Below, piece by piece: positions 1-10,153 of a stretch of DNA of 64,000 nt. A program made the position numbers and the translations under genes. Origin of the DNA: Candidatus Angelobacter sp. Lineage in GTDB: Bacteria; Acidobacteriota; Terriglobia; Terriglobales; Acidobacteriaceae. The stretch is taken from the NCBI GenBank assembly GCA_035307585.1, contig DATGHX010000052.1, positions 2,068 through 66,067 on the forward strand, read 5' to 3'. Numbering within the stretch: the first letter of the stretch is position 1; every line of letters starts with the position of its first letter. Below the pieces are notes generated by a model. The model saw nothing but the letters and a program-made list of their open reading frames with translations, had not been told where the DNA came from and searched no databases.

Positions 1-459
1 AAAGCGGGACTGGGTGATTTCGAAGGTTCAATTGAGCGGCGTCTGATTTTTAGACATCCCGAGCGTAGCGAGGGATCCCTATGGTCTCCAACACCGTTTT
101 GGGAGCACCACAGTGCCCACCAAAGATTCACAAAGTTGATAGGGATTCCTCACTCGGTTCGGGATTTCAGAAAAAGCTCAGTTTCCCCGGAGTAGGCGTT
201 TCTCAGTAGAAATCGCTGCAGCTCAGAAAGAACCCGCAACCCGGACACTTCAGCTTGCAGCGCGATTCTTTCATCTCCGAACCGCAGTTGGGACAGAAGC
301 GGCTGGGATCGGCGGGCTTGGTTGGTGGTTCCTGCGTCCGCTCCTTTACGCCGTCAAGGTCGGTGTCGGCCATCCTTCGCAGTTTAACTCCATTTTGCCG
401 AGGGCCCGCACTAAAACCGAGTACAACAGCCGCCTTTCCAAGCTCATCTCATACCGTGG

Positions 460-1572
460 ATGAAGCTCACTTTCTTCGGCCTGACCATCTCATCATCCTG
501 GGGCAACGGCCACGCCACTCCATACCGGGCGATCCTGCGGGCTCTGGCCGGCATGGGCCATGAAATCCATTTTTTTGAAAAGGATGTGGAATACTATAGC
601 TCCCGCCGCGATTTTGTGAGCTGCGACTACTGCCGGCTTACGCTCTATGAAGACTGGGACAGCATCCGGCGCACCGCCCTCGACGAGGCTCGCGTCTCGG
701 ATGCGGTGATTACCGCCAGCTACCTGCCCGAAGGCCAGCGCATCAATGATGAAATCCTGGAGCTGGCGCATCCTCTGCGGGTTTATTACGACCTGGATAC
801 GCCCATCACCCTGCGCAACCTGGAAGGCGGCGGAGTCTCCTACCTGCAGGCCGATCAGCTTCCGGCTTTCGACCTGGTGCTCTCTTTCACCGGCGGCCCG
901 ATCCTGGCTCAGCTGCAGACCCTTTATGGAGCGCGCGCCACGCGGGCGCTTTACGGTTGCGTGGATCCAGACGTTTATCATCGCGTAGAATCCAGCGCGG
1001 ACTACGCCTGCGACCTGAGTTACATGGGCACATATGCGCCCGACCGCCAGCCCGGAGTCGAAAGGCTTTTTCTCGATCCCGCGCGCCTGCATCCGGAAAA
1101 GCAATTCATGCTGGCCGGCTCCATGTACCCCGGGGATTGGAGCTGGCCGGAGAACGTGTGCCGCGCCGAGCATATCGCCCCCGGCGAGCATTCGCGTTTC
1201 TACTCCTCCTCGCGCATCACCCTGAACATCACGCGCACCGAGATGGCCCGCAACGGCTGGTGCCCCTCGGGTCGCTTCTTCGAAGCCGCGGCCTGCGGCA
1301 CGCCCCTGATCAGCGACCGGTGGGATGGGTTGAGCGACTTCTTCGATACGCGCCGGGAAATTCGCGTGGTGCAGACAGCAGCCGATGTGGAGGAGGCTTT
1401 GAAGATGGGCGATGCAGATCTGCGGCGGATGGCCGCGCGCGCCCGCCATCGCACGCTTGAAGAGCACACCGGAGCAGTCCGCGCCCGGCAACTCCTTCAG
1501 TTCCTCAGTGAATCTCGCTCTGACGCGACGGTATCCGCCGGCAACGTTTTGGACAGTGAGATGACACAATGA
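460..1572 (+). CDS. CgeB-like / GT-B glycosyltransferase
   Basis: 370-aa ORF with ATG at 460. C-terminal FEAAACGTPLISDRWDGLSDFF resembles the donor-binding half of CgeB/DUF3880-type transferases. Its stop overlaps the next start (ATGA at 1569-1572). Confidence 0.55.
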   Translation: MKLTFFGLTISSSWGNGHATPYRAILRALAGMGHEIHFFEKDVEYYSSRRDFVSCDYCRLTLYEDWDSIRRTALDEARVSDAVITASYLPEGQRINDEILELAHPLRVYYDLDTPITLRNLEGGGVSYLQADQLPAFDLVLSFTGGPILAQLQTLYGARATRALYGCVDPDVYHRVESSADYACDLSYMGTYAPDRQPGVERLFLDPARLHPEKQFMLAGSMYPGDWSWPENVCRAEHIAPGEHSRFYSSSRITLNITRTEMARNGWCPSGRFFEAAACGTPLISDRWDGLSDFFDTRREIRVVQTAADVEEALKMGDADLRRMAARARHRTLEEHTGAVRARQLLQFLSESRSDATVSAGNVLDSEMTQ

Positions 1573-2324
1573 TCGGCATCATTCCCGCCGCCGGCGCCGG
1601 CCAGCGCATTCAACCGCTGGGTTGCTCCAAGGAACTTTTGCCCGTCGGCTCGCGCATGGTGGAAGGCGTGGAGCGCCCCAAGGCGGTTTCGGAATACCTG
1701 GTGGAGCGGATGATTGCCGCCGGAGCCACCCAGATCTGCATGGTGATCTCGGCGGAGAAGACGGACATCGTCAAGTATTTCGCCGAGCGCAGCTTTGCCG
1801 CGGAGATCTTCTACGTGGTGCAGCAGAAGCCGCAGGGACTGTGTGACGCTCTCTTCCGCGCCGCCGGCTTTGCCCGCCATCATGACCAGGTGCTCATCGG
1901 GCTGCCGGACACCATCTGGTTTCCCGAGAACGCCTATCTTCCCGGCCTGAACTTCGAACGCAGCGATGTGAACCTGGTCATGTTTCCTGTGGCCAATCCG
2001 CAAGCCTTCGATGCCGTGGTCACAAACGATCACGGCTACGTGCAAAAGATCCAGGTCAAACAGAAGCGTCCCGACTCCAATTGGATATGGGGCGCCGTGA
2101 CCACGACCGGCGAGTGCTTCTACCGTCTGAAACTGCTCTGGGAGGCACGCCACCGCGAAGACGAGTACCTGGGAACGCTCCTGAACGCCTACATTGCCGC
2201 CGGCAACCTGGTGCGGGGACAGAGTTCGGGCGAGAGTTACATGGACGTGGGGACGTTGGAAGGCTATCGCAAGGCGCAGGACTACCTGCGTACTCTCTTT
2301 ATCCAGTCGTTGCGCGCCGCGTAG
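1569..2324 (+). CDS. sugar-phosphate nucleotidyltransferase (RmlA-like NTP_transferase)
   Basis: N-terminal IIPAAGAGQRIQPLGCSKELLPV matches the G-x-G-t-R-l signature of nucleotidyltransferases. Translationally coupled to the upstream glycosyltransferase. Confidence 0.75.
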   Translation: MIGIIPAAGAGQRIQPLGCSKELLPVGSRMVEGVERPKAVSEYLVERMIAAGATQICMVISAEKTDIVKYFAERSFAAEIFYVVQQKPQGLCDALFRAAGFARHHDQVLIGLPDTIWFPENAYLPGLNFERSDVNLVMFPVANPQAFDAVVTNDHGYVQKIQVKQKRPDSNWIWGAVTTTGECFYRLKLLWEARHREDEYLGTLLNAYIAAGNLVRGQSSGESYMDVGTLEGYRKAQDYLRTLFIQSLRAA

Positions 2325-2333
2325 GAAAGCGGA

Positions 2334-2690
2334 TCAGATGCTGGCCCGGAGGATTTCGCGTACCTCGCGATTGATGCGGGCGCAATCCCGTGCTGCCTTG
2401 TCGATGAGCTCTGTCCATCGCTTCACGTCTTCATGCAATCCCATCTGCGCCAGCAGGTAGGAGGCCTGCATAATCGTCTCCAGCGAATTGGAAAGATCAT
2501 GGGACAGGGCGCGCAGCTTACCGCTGGTTTCGGCTGGAATCTTGGAGATGACTTCCGGTTTGGCTTGGGCGCTCATGGACGTTTCGTTGACGGTTGCTCT
2601 TTTTGGTTTGATTGATCCCATCTTACATCCGGTCGGCAAATTAGACGCAAATACGATGTAAATAGTTGTGAGCTGGCGCGGTTCCGACAA
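2334..2690 (-). CDS. small protein carrying only a HisKA/DHp-like H-box
   Basis: LSHDLSNSLETIMQASYLL resembles a histidine-kinase H-box, and no ATPase domain follows. The start is uncertain (Met1, Met24 or Met39). Convergent with the previous gene. Confidence 0.45.
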   Translation of the reverse strand: MSEPRQLTTIYIVFASNLPTGCKMGSIKPKRATVNETSMSAQAKPEVISKIPAETSGKLRALSHDLSNSLETIMQASYLLAQMGLHEDVKRWTELIDKAARDCARINREVREILRASI

Positions 2691-2976
2691 ACCGACGGTT
2701 GCGCCTGCCTGAACTCTAACCGCCCTGGCGCGGGAGGTATTCCCGCTTTGGTCTCATTTCGTTCTTTCCGTGTCTATATCGGCCATAAGTTTCAATGATT
2801 TAGCGTATGAGGCAGGCCCTGATCCTCCTAATCCCTAAAGACCTTTCCAGAATGAAAACTAGGGCTGAAGCCGGCAGCAAACAGGTGCTTCCCTCGATGT
2901 TTCCAGCTCTGGCCGGTTCATAAAATCGCCCCAACCTCAGCCAATCGGCTGAAGAAATTCTTTTGGGGTTTAGGTC

Positions 2977-4914
2977 TTGCAACTCATTCTGGGATTCCTG
3001 GTCGCTCTCTCCTCCTCCGGGCTGGCTTCCGCGGCAACCTCGTATACGCCAACCACCACCTTGGCCGCGGAAACCGGAAACAACACCAGCGCTGCCGGCA
3101 GTTTCGCCGCGCAGAGCAATGGAAACATTGCCGGAGCGAACGTCAGCAAGGTGCCCATGCGGAGCCTGCTTTATACCGCTTCCAGTTCCAAAATTTATGC
3201 CCATTTTGTGCCCTGGTTCGGCTTCGGCGACCACATGAACGTGGGTTACACCTCCAACGACGTGGCCCAGGTACAGAAACAAGTGGCCGACATGGTCAGC
3301 CGCGGCTTCGATGGCGCGGTGGTGGACTGGTACGGCCGGGGCGAGTCGAACACCAACTTCGTCTACTACGATCAGGCCACGCAGGACCTGATGCACCAGG
3401 CGGAGCAGAACTCGGGATTCACGTTCGCCGTCATGGAAGACGTAGGTGCGTTGAAAACTTGCGCCACAACCTCAGGATGCAATGTCACCCAGACCATGAT
3501 TGCGGACCTGAACTACGCCAACACCACCTATTTCAACTCTCCGGCGTATCTGAAGTTTAACGGCCGGCCTGTGGTGTATTTCTTCGGCGAAGAGGCGTAC
3601 AGCATCGATTGGAACCTGGCCCGGAGTTCGGTGGCCGGCAATCCCATATTTGTCTTCCGCAACAGCGGCGGTTTCACCTCGGCGCAAAGCAATGGCGGGT
3701 ACTCATGGGTCGAGCCCACGCAGCCCAGCCTGACCTATCTGGATGGATTCTACGGAGTCTCCACGCAGTATCCCTCCGAGTACGTGACCGGATCGGGCTA
3801 CAAGGGGTTCAATGACACGCTGGCCGCGTGGAGCGCTAACCGCGTGATGCCGCAGAACTGCGGACAGACCTGGCTGACCAGCGTGGCTGAGGCGGGCAAG
3901 TATTACTCGGCCGGCACCCAGATGTTCGGCATCCAGCTGGTGACCTGGAACGACTACGAAGAGGGCACGGAGATCGAGACCGGTATCGATAATTGCGTCA
4001 GCGTCTCTGCGTCGGTTTCCGGGACCGTGGCCAAGTGGAGCATCAGCGGGCAGATGAACACGGTGGATCATTTCTCAGTCTATCTCTCCCAGGATGGGCA
4101 GACCCTGATGTGGCTGGCCGACGAACCGACCAGCGTTTCGTCGCTGGATCTGAGCAGCTTCGGCCTGCCCGCCGGGAACTACACGGTGTTCGTCAAAGCT
4201 ATCGGCAAACCGTCGCTGACCAACAAGATGTCGGGTGGCGCGCAGGTGACGTTGACCGGCGCTCCGCCTCCGCCAGCGACCGGCCTCTCGCTCACCGCGC
4301 CCAACGGAACCAGCGCCACGGTTGCCGCAGGAGCTTCGGCGAATTACGGGCTGCAACTCAGCGCCGCCGGCGGCCCGGCGACGGTCACGGTGGCCTGCTC
4401 GGGCAGCGTGCCTGACGGAGCCTGCTCGGTGCCTTCCACCTCTGTCACCGTCATTCCCGGCACGCCGGCCAGCCTGGCGATCACGGTGAGTACCACGGCC
4501 CGCGCCGGCGCAGCTCCGGGACCAAGTTCGCGAAACATTCCTCCCGCGCCCTGGCTCCTGCCGATCGCCGGCATGCTGAGCCTGGGTTCGATGGTGGGCT
4601 GGCTGGCTTCGCGCAGGAATCTGGCGGGAATGGCTTCGCCGGTGGCAATGGGCGTTTTTGCCGCGGCCCGTCTGGCCAGGATCAACGGCTTTGGCGCTCT
4701 GCTGCGTGCGAAGAAAGCTCTGCTGGCTCCTGCGGGGCTCCTGCTGGGACTGGCTCTGATGACCGGATGCGGCGGCGGCAGCCTGTCATCCAAGTCTTCG
4801 AACCAGAATCCGACTTCGGCCAACGGCACTCCCGCGGGTGCTTACACGCTTACAGTTACCGCGACCTCAGGCAGCCTCACGCAGACACAGTCGCTGACGC
4901 TGAATGTGAATTAA
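2977..4914 (+). CDS. secreted putative glycoside hydrolase (GH71/GH99-like TIM barrel) with Ig-like C-terminal segments
   Basis: TTG start followed by a signal-peptide-like LILGFLVALSSSGLASA. IYAHFVPWFGFGDH...FDGAVVDWYG recalls GH71/GH99-type barrels. The C-terminal architecture is unusual (see findings). Confidence 0.55.
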   Translation: MQLILGFLVALSSSGLASAATSYTPTTTLAAETGNNTSAAGSFAAQSNGNIAGANVSKVPMRSLLYTASSSKIYAHFVPWFGFGDHMNVGYTSNDVAQVQKQVADMVSRGFDGAVVDWYGRGESNTNFVYYDQATQDLMHQAEQNSGFTFAVMEDVGALKTCATTSGCNVTQTMIADLNYANTTYFNSPAYLKFNGRPVVYFFGEEAYSIDWNLARSSVAGNPIFVFRNSGGFTSAQSNGGYSWVEPTQPSLTYLDGFYGVSTQYPSEYVTGSGYKGFNDTLAAWSANRVMPQNCGQTWLTSVAEAGKYYSAGTQMFGIQLVTWNDYEEGTEIETGIDNCVSVSASVSGTVAKWSISGQMNTVDHFSVYLSQDGQTLMWLADEPTSVSSLDLSSFGLPAGNYTVFVKAIGKPSLTNKMSGGAQVTLTGAPPPPATGLSLTAPNGTSATVAAGASANYGLQLSAAGGPATVTVACSGSVPDGACSVPSTSVTVIPGTPASLAITVSTTARAGAAPGPSSRNIPPAPWLLPIAGMLSLGSMVGWLASRRNLAGMASPVAMGVFAAARLARINGFGALLRAKKALLAPAGLLLGLALMTGCGGGSLSSKSSNQNPTSANGTPAGAYTLTVTATSGSLTQTQSLTLNVN

Positions 4915-4956
4915 AGCAGTCTTGGTAATTGGCGTTGTCTCGTCGTGGAGGGAACG

Positions 4957-6039
4957 CTACCGGCTCTCCCACACAAAGGCGTCAAATCTGCGTTTGGTGG
5001 AGAATCCCAACCGGCGGTACAGGTCCACCGCTTTCACGTTGGCTTCGGTCACGGTGAGCGAGAGCGCGCTGAAGTGGCGCGCGCGCAGCTCCTGCGTGCA
5101 CAGGCCGATCAGAGACTCGCCGATCAATCGCCCGCGCTGCTCCGGCACCACGCAGACCTGGGTCACGTGGCCCACGTCGTCGCGGACGCGCGAGCACAGC
5201 AGCAGGCCGGCGATGGTCCGCGTGGAACGATGAATGGCTACAAACGAGGCGTTGGTTTCGAAGACGCCGCAGCCGGGGAAACGCACGATGTTGTTCAGGA
5301 AGCGGAGAGAGCCGTTCAGGCTGCGGTACTGGTCGTTGATTTCGGAATCGATGTGGCCGCGATAGCAGCCGGTGATGACGGCCGCGGCTGACTGAAAATC
5401 AGTCTCGGTCCAGCGGCGGTATTCGATATCCGGCAGGGAAGTAATTTTTGGCGGCGCTGCCAGCGACGACCGGTAGGAGTGCAGGTCGTGCCACTGAAGC
5501 GATGGAACGCTGCGCGACCCATCACTCGCGGAGTTCAAGGGCAGAACCATAAACAGCCGGGGATATTGGCAGAATCCTTCGCGCAAAAATGGCGCGCTCA
5601 GGGCTCCGCATTCGTGAGGCAGGAGCTGCGCCTCAATGCGCTGGATGCCGGGAGAGCGCTGCAGAGTCTCAATCACGTGGGTAGCCAGCCGGCATTCCAC
5701 GCTTTCCGCGGGAATTCCCGGTTCGCCGGGAAGCTGAATGGTGCCGTCGGCAAAGAGATCGCCGATCACGCCCTTGCTGCCTTCGTAGACGAAAAACGCG
5801 TAGCCGCCGATGCTGCCGTTCGCGACCGCGGCATAGCCGGGCAGGATCTTGGAATCGATGTAGCGCAGGATCATCTCCATGGAGGGGCGGTAATCCCACG
5901 ACATCAGCTGCGCCCACAGGCGGCTCTCGCGCTCCAGCAGCGGGCGCAGATGCTGCGCGCTGAAATGCCTGAGGTCGAGAATCTCAATCCCAAAGGCGCC
6001 GGGTGGACGGTGTGTTTCGATTGGAGTATGAAGGCCCAT
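4957..6039 (-). CDS. GNAT family N-acetyltransferase (two GNAT-like halves)
   Basis: QRGRLIGESLI...LSLTVTEANVKAVDLYRRLGF is a typical acetyl-CoA binding motif A region. The length of 360 aa suggests a tandem GNAT. Confidence 0.7.
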   Translation of the reverse strand: MGLHTPIETHRPPGAFGIEILDLRHFSAQHLRPLLERESRLWAQLMSWDYRPSMEMILRYIDSKILPGYAAVANGSIGGYAFFVYEGSKGVIGDLFADGTIQLPGEPGIPAESVECRLATHVIETLQRSPGIQRIEAQLLPHECGALSAPFLREGFCQYPRLFMVLPLNSASDGSRSVPSLQWHDLHSYRSSLAAPPKITSLPDIEYRRWTETDFQSAAAVITGCYRGHIDSEINDQYRSLNGSLRFLNNIVRFPGCGVFETNASFVAIHRSTRTIAGLLLCSRVRDDVGHVTQVCVVPEQRGRLIGESLIGLCTQELRARHFSALSLTVTEANVKAVDLYRRLGFSTKRRFDAFVWESR

Positions 6040-6222
6040 TACGGTACTTCCTGAACACCTGCTTCCTCGAGCGAGCTAAGAGTCTAGCCTCCAGCGGCCA
6101 AATACGTAAAGCCGTATCCGCACCGGAACCTGAACAGTAGGAACCCGGGGCGGTACTTCCGCGCACGCCGGTTTGCTGTTCAGGGACCCTGAAACGCTGG
6201 AATCGCCGATTGGCCGTATTCC

Positions 6223-7941
6223 TTACTTAGAATTAGACACCAAAAAGAACTCCAAGTGTTGTTGAGGAAGGTCGCCAAGGCGGGTGACCGTCCGGGGCGC
6301 GACCCTGGCGGTGAGTTCGGCGTCGCTGCCTTCGCGGGCAATGACCACGTGCTCCTGCGGCGGCACCCCGGAAGGCAGGTCACGTGGGCCGTCCGGCTCG
6401 TACCAGCTCACCGGCTGGTTGCGATAAAAGGTCAGGCCGTAGGCGACCTCGCGCTTGACGTGGAACGCCGCCAGGGGGATTTTGCCTATCCCTATCTGGC
6501 GCATGGCTAAATCGACGATGCGGGCAGAAAGAGTGTTATCCAGCAGCAGCGCGGCCGGCCGCAGCAGAAACGCCAGCGCCAGGACAACCGGTACCATGGT
6601 GGCAAAATGAAGAAACCTTCGCCCGCCACGCCGGACAACGATCAGCACCAGTGTGGCGATCAGCCCGGAGATGATGACGATCCAGGGCTTGGTCCGATCC
6701 GGCACGACCTGTAGAAGAAAATGAAGTTTGCACCAGCCCCTGCAGGGAAGGGGATAGACCAGCCCGGAAAGCCATGGAGTCAGCAGCGCACCGGCTATGA
6801 GTACGCCGCAGATAAGTGAATGCAGCATGAGATGCAGCCGGCCAATGGCCGATTTGCGCTGCAGGTAGTCGGCGGTGAGCAGGGCGGCTGCCGGGATGGA
6901 GGGAAGAATGTAGCCGGGCAGCTTGGAGCGCGAAATGCTGAACAGGACAATGGGGACCAGGGTCCACAATAGAAGGAAGAGCAGCAGCCGGTCATCGGCT
7001 GGCGCTAGATTTGCCGGCGGGCTGGGCTGCCCGGCGACGCCGGCCGCCACATCGGCGGTGGTTCTTGTGCGGAAACGTTGCACCTCATCGCGGACGGCCG
7101 CTATCAGCGCTGGAAGAGTAAACGCTGTCCAGGGCAGCGTGGCCAGGATGAAGACGGGAATGTAATACCAGAAGGGTTGCGAGTGCTGGTAGATGTTGGT
7201 TCCGAAACGCTCCAGGTTGTGCTCCAGAAAGAAGACGCGAAAGAACCGCGGCACCTTCACCTGGATGGCGATATACCAGGGCAGCGCGACGGCGCAGAAC
7301 AGCAGGAACCCGGGAAGCCAAAAGCTGCGCTGCAAGATGCTGCCATCACGCCTCAGCCAGGCGTATCCGCCGACGATCAACAGAGCCAGTGCCGGGGCGA
7401 CCGGTCCTTTGGCCAGAGCTGCGGCAGCGAGCAAGACGAAGAAGGCAGCCAGCCAGAGCTTTTTCCCGGTAGCATGCCAGGCCCACCAGGCCATCATGCC
7501 CATGCTGAAATCGGCGGACAGCGACATATCGGTCGAGGCCCCGCGGGCAAAGCCGATGACGGCTGCCGATGAGCCCGCTATCAGCGCGGCGTCCATCTCG
7601 CTGCCGGGACGAAACCGGCGAATAAAAAGGAAGATCACCACCACCAGCGCGGTGGCGTGGAAGGCGGAGGGGAGACGCGCCGCCCAGTCCTGGACGCCGA
7701 GAATCGCATAACTGTTGATGATCTTCCAGTAAAGAAGCACCGGCTTTTCCAGCCAGGGCGATCCGTTGAACGTGGGCACGATCCAGTCGTGGCGCTGGAA
7801 CATCTCGCGGGCGATCTGGGCATAGCGCGGCTCGTCGGCGCCGATCAGGCCGAAGGCCCCCAGTCCAAAGAAGAAAAGAAACAGGCAGACGCCCAGCAGA
7901 AAGGCGAGCTGCAGAGTGAGCAGGCGGGAGCGGACGCTCAT
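6223..7941 (-). CDS. ArnT/PMT-like (GT39/GT83) membrane glycosyltransferase
   Basis: GADEPRYAQIAREM...PWLEKPVLLYW motif plus many TM helices. Start placed at the Met9 ATG, which overlaps the upstream stop (ATGA at 7938-7941). Confidence 0.75.
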   Translation of the reverse strand: MSVRSRLLTLQLAFLLGVCLFLFFFGLGAFGLIGADEPRYAQIAREMFQRHDWIVPTFNGSPWLEKPVLLYWKIINSYAILGVQDWAARLPSAFHATALVVVIFLFIRRFRPGSEMDAALIAGSSAAVIGFARGASTDMSLSADFSMGMMAWWAWHATGKKLWLAAFFVLLAAAALAKGPVAPALALLIVGGYAWLRRDGSILQRSFWLPGFLLFCAVALPWYIAIQVKVPRFFRVFFLEHNLERFGTNIYQHSQPFWYYIPVFILATLPWTAFTLPALIAAVRDEVQRFRTRTTADVAAGVAGQPSPPANLAPADDRLLLFLLLWTLVPIVLFSISRSKLPGYILPSIPAAALLTADYLQRKSAIGRLHLMLHSLICGVLIAGALLTPWLSGLVYPLPCRGWCKLHFLLQVVPDRTKPWIVIISGLIATLVLIVVRRGGRRFLHFATMVPVVLALAFLLRPAALLLDNTLSARIVDLAMRQIGIGKIPLAAFHVKREVAYGLTFYRNQPVSWYEPDGPRDLPSGVPPQEHVVIAREGSDAELTARVAPRTVTRLGDLPQQHLEFFLVSNSK

Positions 7942-8198
7942 GCCGTCGATTTCTGCCGGAAGCAACGCACCAACGCGTAGACGCTGATGGCCGCCCAGGC
8001 GAACTCCAGGATGACAAACCCGAGTTGAAACGGGCGCACCGCAATCATGCCCAGGATCAGCGATCCGGCGAAGTTGACCACGTTGTAGAAAGGACGGCGA
8101 GCGCTCATCCAGCCAAACTGCTCGCCGGCGTAGCCGATCAGAATCAGCAGCGCCCCGATGAACGATAAAACCTGCACGAACACGGAAATTTGCGGCAT
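7938..8198 (-). CDS. small 3-TM membrane protein
   Basis: 86-aa hydrophobic ORF lying between nrnA and the ArnT-like gene and coupled to the latter. Confidence 0.55.
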   Translation of the reverse strand: MPQISVFVQVLSFIGALLILIGYAGEQFGWMSARRPFYNVVNFAGSLILGMIAVRPFQLGFVILEFAWAAISVYALVRCFRQKSTA

Positions 8199-8202
8199 GA
8201 GA

Positions 8203-9162
8203 TCAGCTCGATTTGGGAAGTTTTCGACGCAATTCGTTCAGGACAACCTGCTCGGCGGCAGCGAGCGGTCCGGCGATGGAGAAGCCGCTGGCGCATTCGT
8301 GGCCGCCGCCGCCGAATTTCTCCGCGATCTGGGCCACGTTGACCGCGCCCTTGCTGCGGACGCTCACGCGAACGCGATCCGGTCCGGTCTCGCGGAAGAA
8401 CGCCGCCACCTCGACGCCGGCGATGCCCAGGGCATAGTTCACCAGGCCTTCGCAGTCTTCGTCGAGGGCACCGCAGCGCTCCATATCGTCGCGGGTGATG
8501 GCCATCCAGGTCATGGCTCCTTCGCGATGGAGTCCGGAGAGGGCCGCGCCCAGCAGCCGCATCTTCGACGTGGGACTGGAAAAATAAATGCTTTGCGCGA
8601 TCCGCGCGGGATCGGCGCCATGCTGCACCAGCACCCTGGCCAGCTCAAAGGTGTGAGCGTTGGTGGGCGAGTAGCAGAATGCGCCGGTATCGGTGAGCAC
8701 CGCGGCGTAGAGGCAGGTGGCGATGTCGGGGGTGATCTTCACGTCAGCAGCCTGGGCCAGGCGGTAGACCAGCTCTGCCACCGCGCAGGCGTTGGGATCG
8801 ATCCAGTTGACGTGGGCGAACGGCTTGGAAGAGGCGTGATGATCGATGTTGATCAGGAAGTGCCTTTCCAGGCCCTGCAGCCGGGTGCGCAGCACGCTGT
8901 CACACTCCAGAATGACGGCCGCGTCGTAGTGGCCATTCACTTCGGTGGCATGGATGATGCTCTCGGCCTGAGGCAGAGGCTTATAGATGACGGGGACAGT
9001 ATCGCCCAGAATCACGTCGGCGTTCTTTCCCATGGCGCGCAACACCTGGGCCAGGGCCAGCGCGGAGCCCACCGCATCGCCGTCGGGACGGTTGTGCGAG
9101 GTCACAATAAACCGGCTGCGTTCCCGGATGTGCCGTAACACCTGTTCGATCATCTGGTCCAT
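8203..9162 (-). CDS. nrnA: DHH-family phosphoesterase NrnA (oligoribonuclease / pAp phosphatase)
   Basis: Carries HNRPDGDAVGS and NIDHHASS (DHH) motifs plus a GGGH motif near the C-terminus (DHHA1). Confidence 0.85.
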   Translation of the reverse strand: MDQMIEQVLRHIRERSRFIVTSHNRPDGDAVGSALALAQVLRAMGKNADVILGDTVPVIYKPLPQAESIIHATEVNGHYDAAVILECDSVLRTRLQGLERHFLINIDHHASSKPFAHVNWIDPNACAVAELVYRLAQAADVKITPDIATCLYAAVLTDTGAFCYSPTNAHTFELARVLVQHGADPARIAQSIYFSSPTSKMRLLGAALSGLHREGAMTWMAITRDDMERCGALDEDCEGLVNYALGIAGVEVAAFFRETGPDRVRVSVRSKGAVNVAQIAEKFGGGGHECASGFSIAGPLAAAEQVVLNELRRKLPKSS

Positions 9163-9210
9163 GGTTCTGGCTCTGGCTGCCTTACCGCACCCCCGCAGCC
9201 TGCGCTCCGC

Positions 9211-9576
9211 TTACCGTCTGCGCTTCCCGATCCGCCCCAGCAGCTCGTCAATGCGCGAGCCGTACTCCTGGGAGCGATCGAGAATGAAAATCAAATCGGG
9301 TACGTGGCGAACGCCGAGGCGTTCCAGCAGTTCGCGGCGAATGTAGCCCTTGGCGGCGTTGACGGCCGTCACCGTCTGCTCGCTCTCGTGCTGGTCGCCC
9401 TGCACCTGCAGAAAAACCCTGGCGCTCTTGCCGTCCGGCGCGAGCAGAACCTCGCTCACCGTGCACAGGGCGATGCGCGGATCGCCCAGTTCACCTTCGA
9501 TGATGGCGCCGATCTCTTCTTTCAGCGCCTCGCCCACCCGCTCGCGGTGATATTGTCTGCCACGTTGTTCCGGCAT
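9211..9576 (-). CDS. rbfA: ribosome-binding factor A
   Basis: RVGEALKEEIGAIIEGELGDPRI...VSEVLLAPDGKSARVF is typical RbfA; 121 aa. Confidence 0.9.
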   Translation of the reverse strand: MPEQRGRQYHRERVGEALKEEIGAIIEGELGDPRIALCTVSEVLLAPDGKSARVFLQVQGDQHESEQTVTAVNAAKGYIRRELLERLGVRHVPDLIFILDRSQEYGSRIDELLGRIGKRRR

Positions 9577-9693
9577 TTTTGCTGCTCAAAGAAAACTTTT
9601 GAGAATACCAGAGAATCGCCGAGATCGCACGTGATCGTCGGCATCACCCACTATGGGACAGTTCTTGCGATGACGGCGATATCGGCAATTCGA

Positions 9694-9990
9694 TCAGCTC
9701 TCCAGGTAGTCCAGGAAACTGTCCACCACCTCGGCGCCGGCGTTATTGGCCACGCGCACGACCTCGCGCTCCACGTTGCGCATCAGCCCCTCGAGATAAT
9801 CGCGGGAGTCGGAAATGCTGACTACGCCCAGGGTCGCCCGCTGCCAGAGGTCGGTGCCTTCGATCTCGGCTACGGAGACGTTGAACGAGTTGCGCACGCG
9901 GTCCTTTACGCTGCGCAGAACCTGTCGCTTATCTTTGAGCGAGTGCGCGTCTTCAATGCGCAATTCCAGGGTCAGGTAGGCGATGGGCAT
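9694..9990 (-). CDS. DUF503 (YlxP-like) protein
   Basis: LELRIEDAHSLKDKRQVLRSVKDRVRNSFNVSVAEI is characteristic of DUF503, which usually sits next to rbfA. Confidence 0.8.
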   Translation of the reverse strand: MPIAYLTLELRIEDAHSLKDKRQVLRSVKDRVRNSFNVSVAEIEGTDLWQRATLGVVSISDSRDYLEGLMRNVEREVVRVANNAGAEVVDSFLDYLES

Positions 9991-10153
9991 GGACAGATAT
10001 ATTGTGCACGAAACGACATGCGGTTATCGCTGGGATCGTTCCCCGAGAGGATTTAAGGAGTTTTGGTGACGTTTTTGGCTTGTCAAAACTTCACAACTTT
10101 TTGCCGGTTTTGCGGTTAACATTGAAGGACATCCCCGCCCAAAAACTGAGGTC

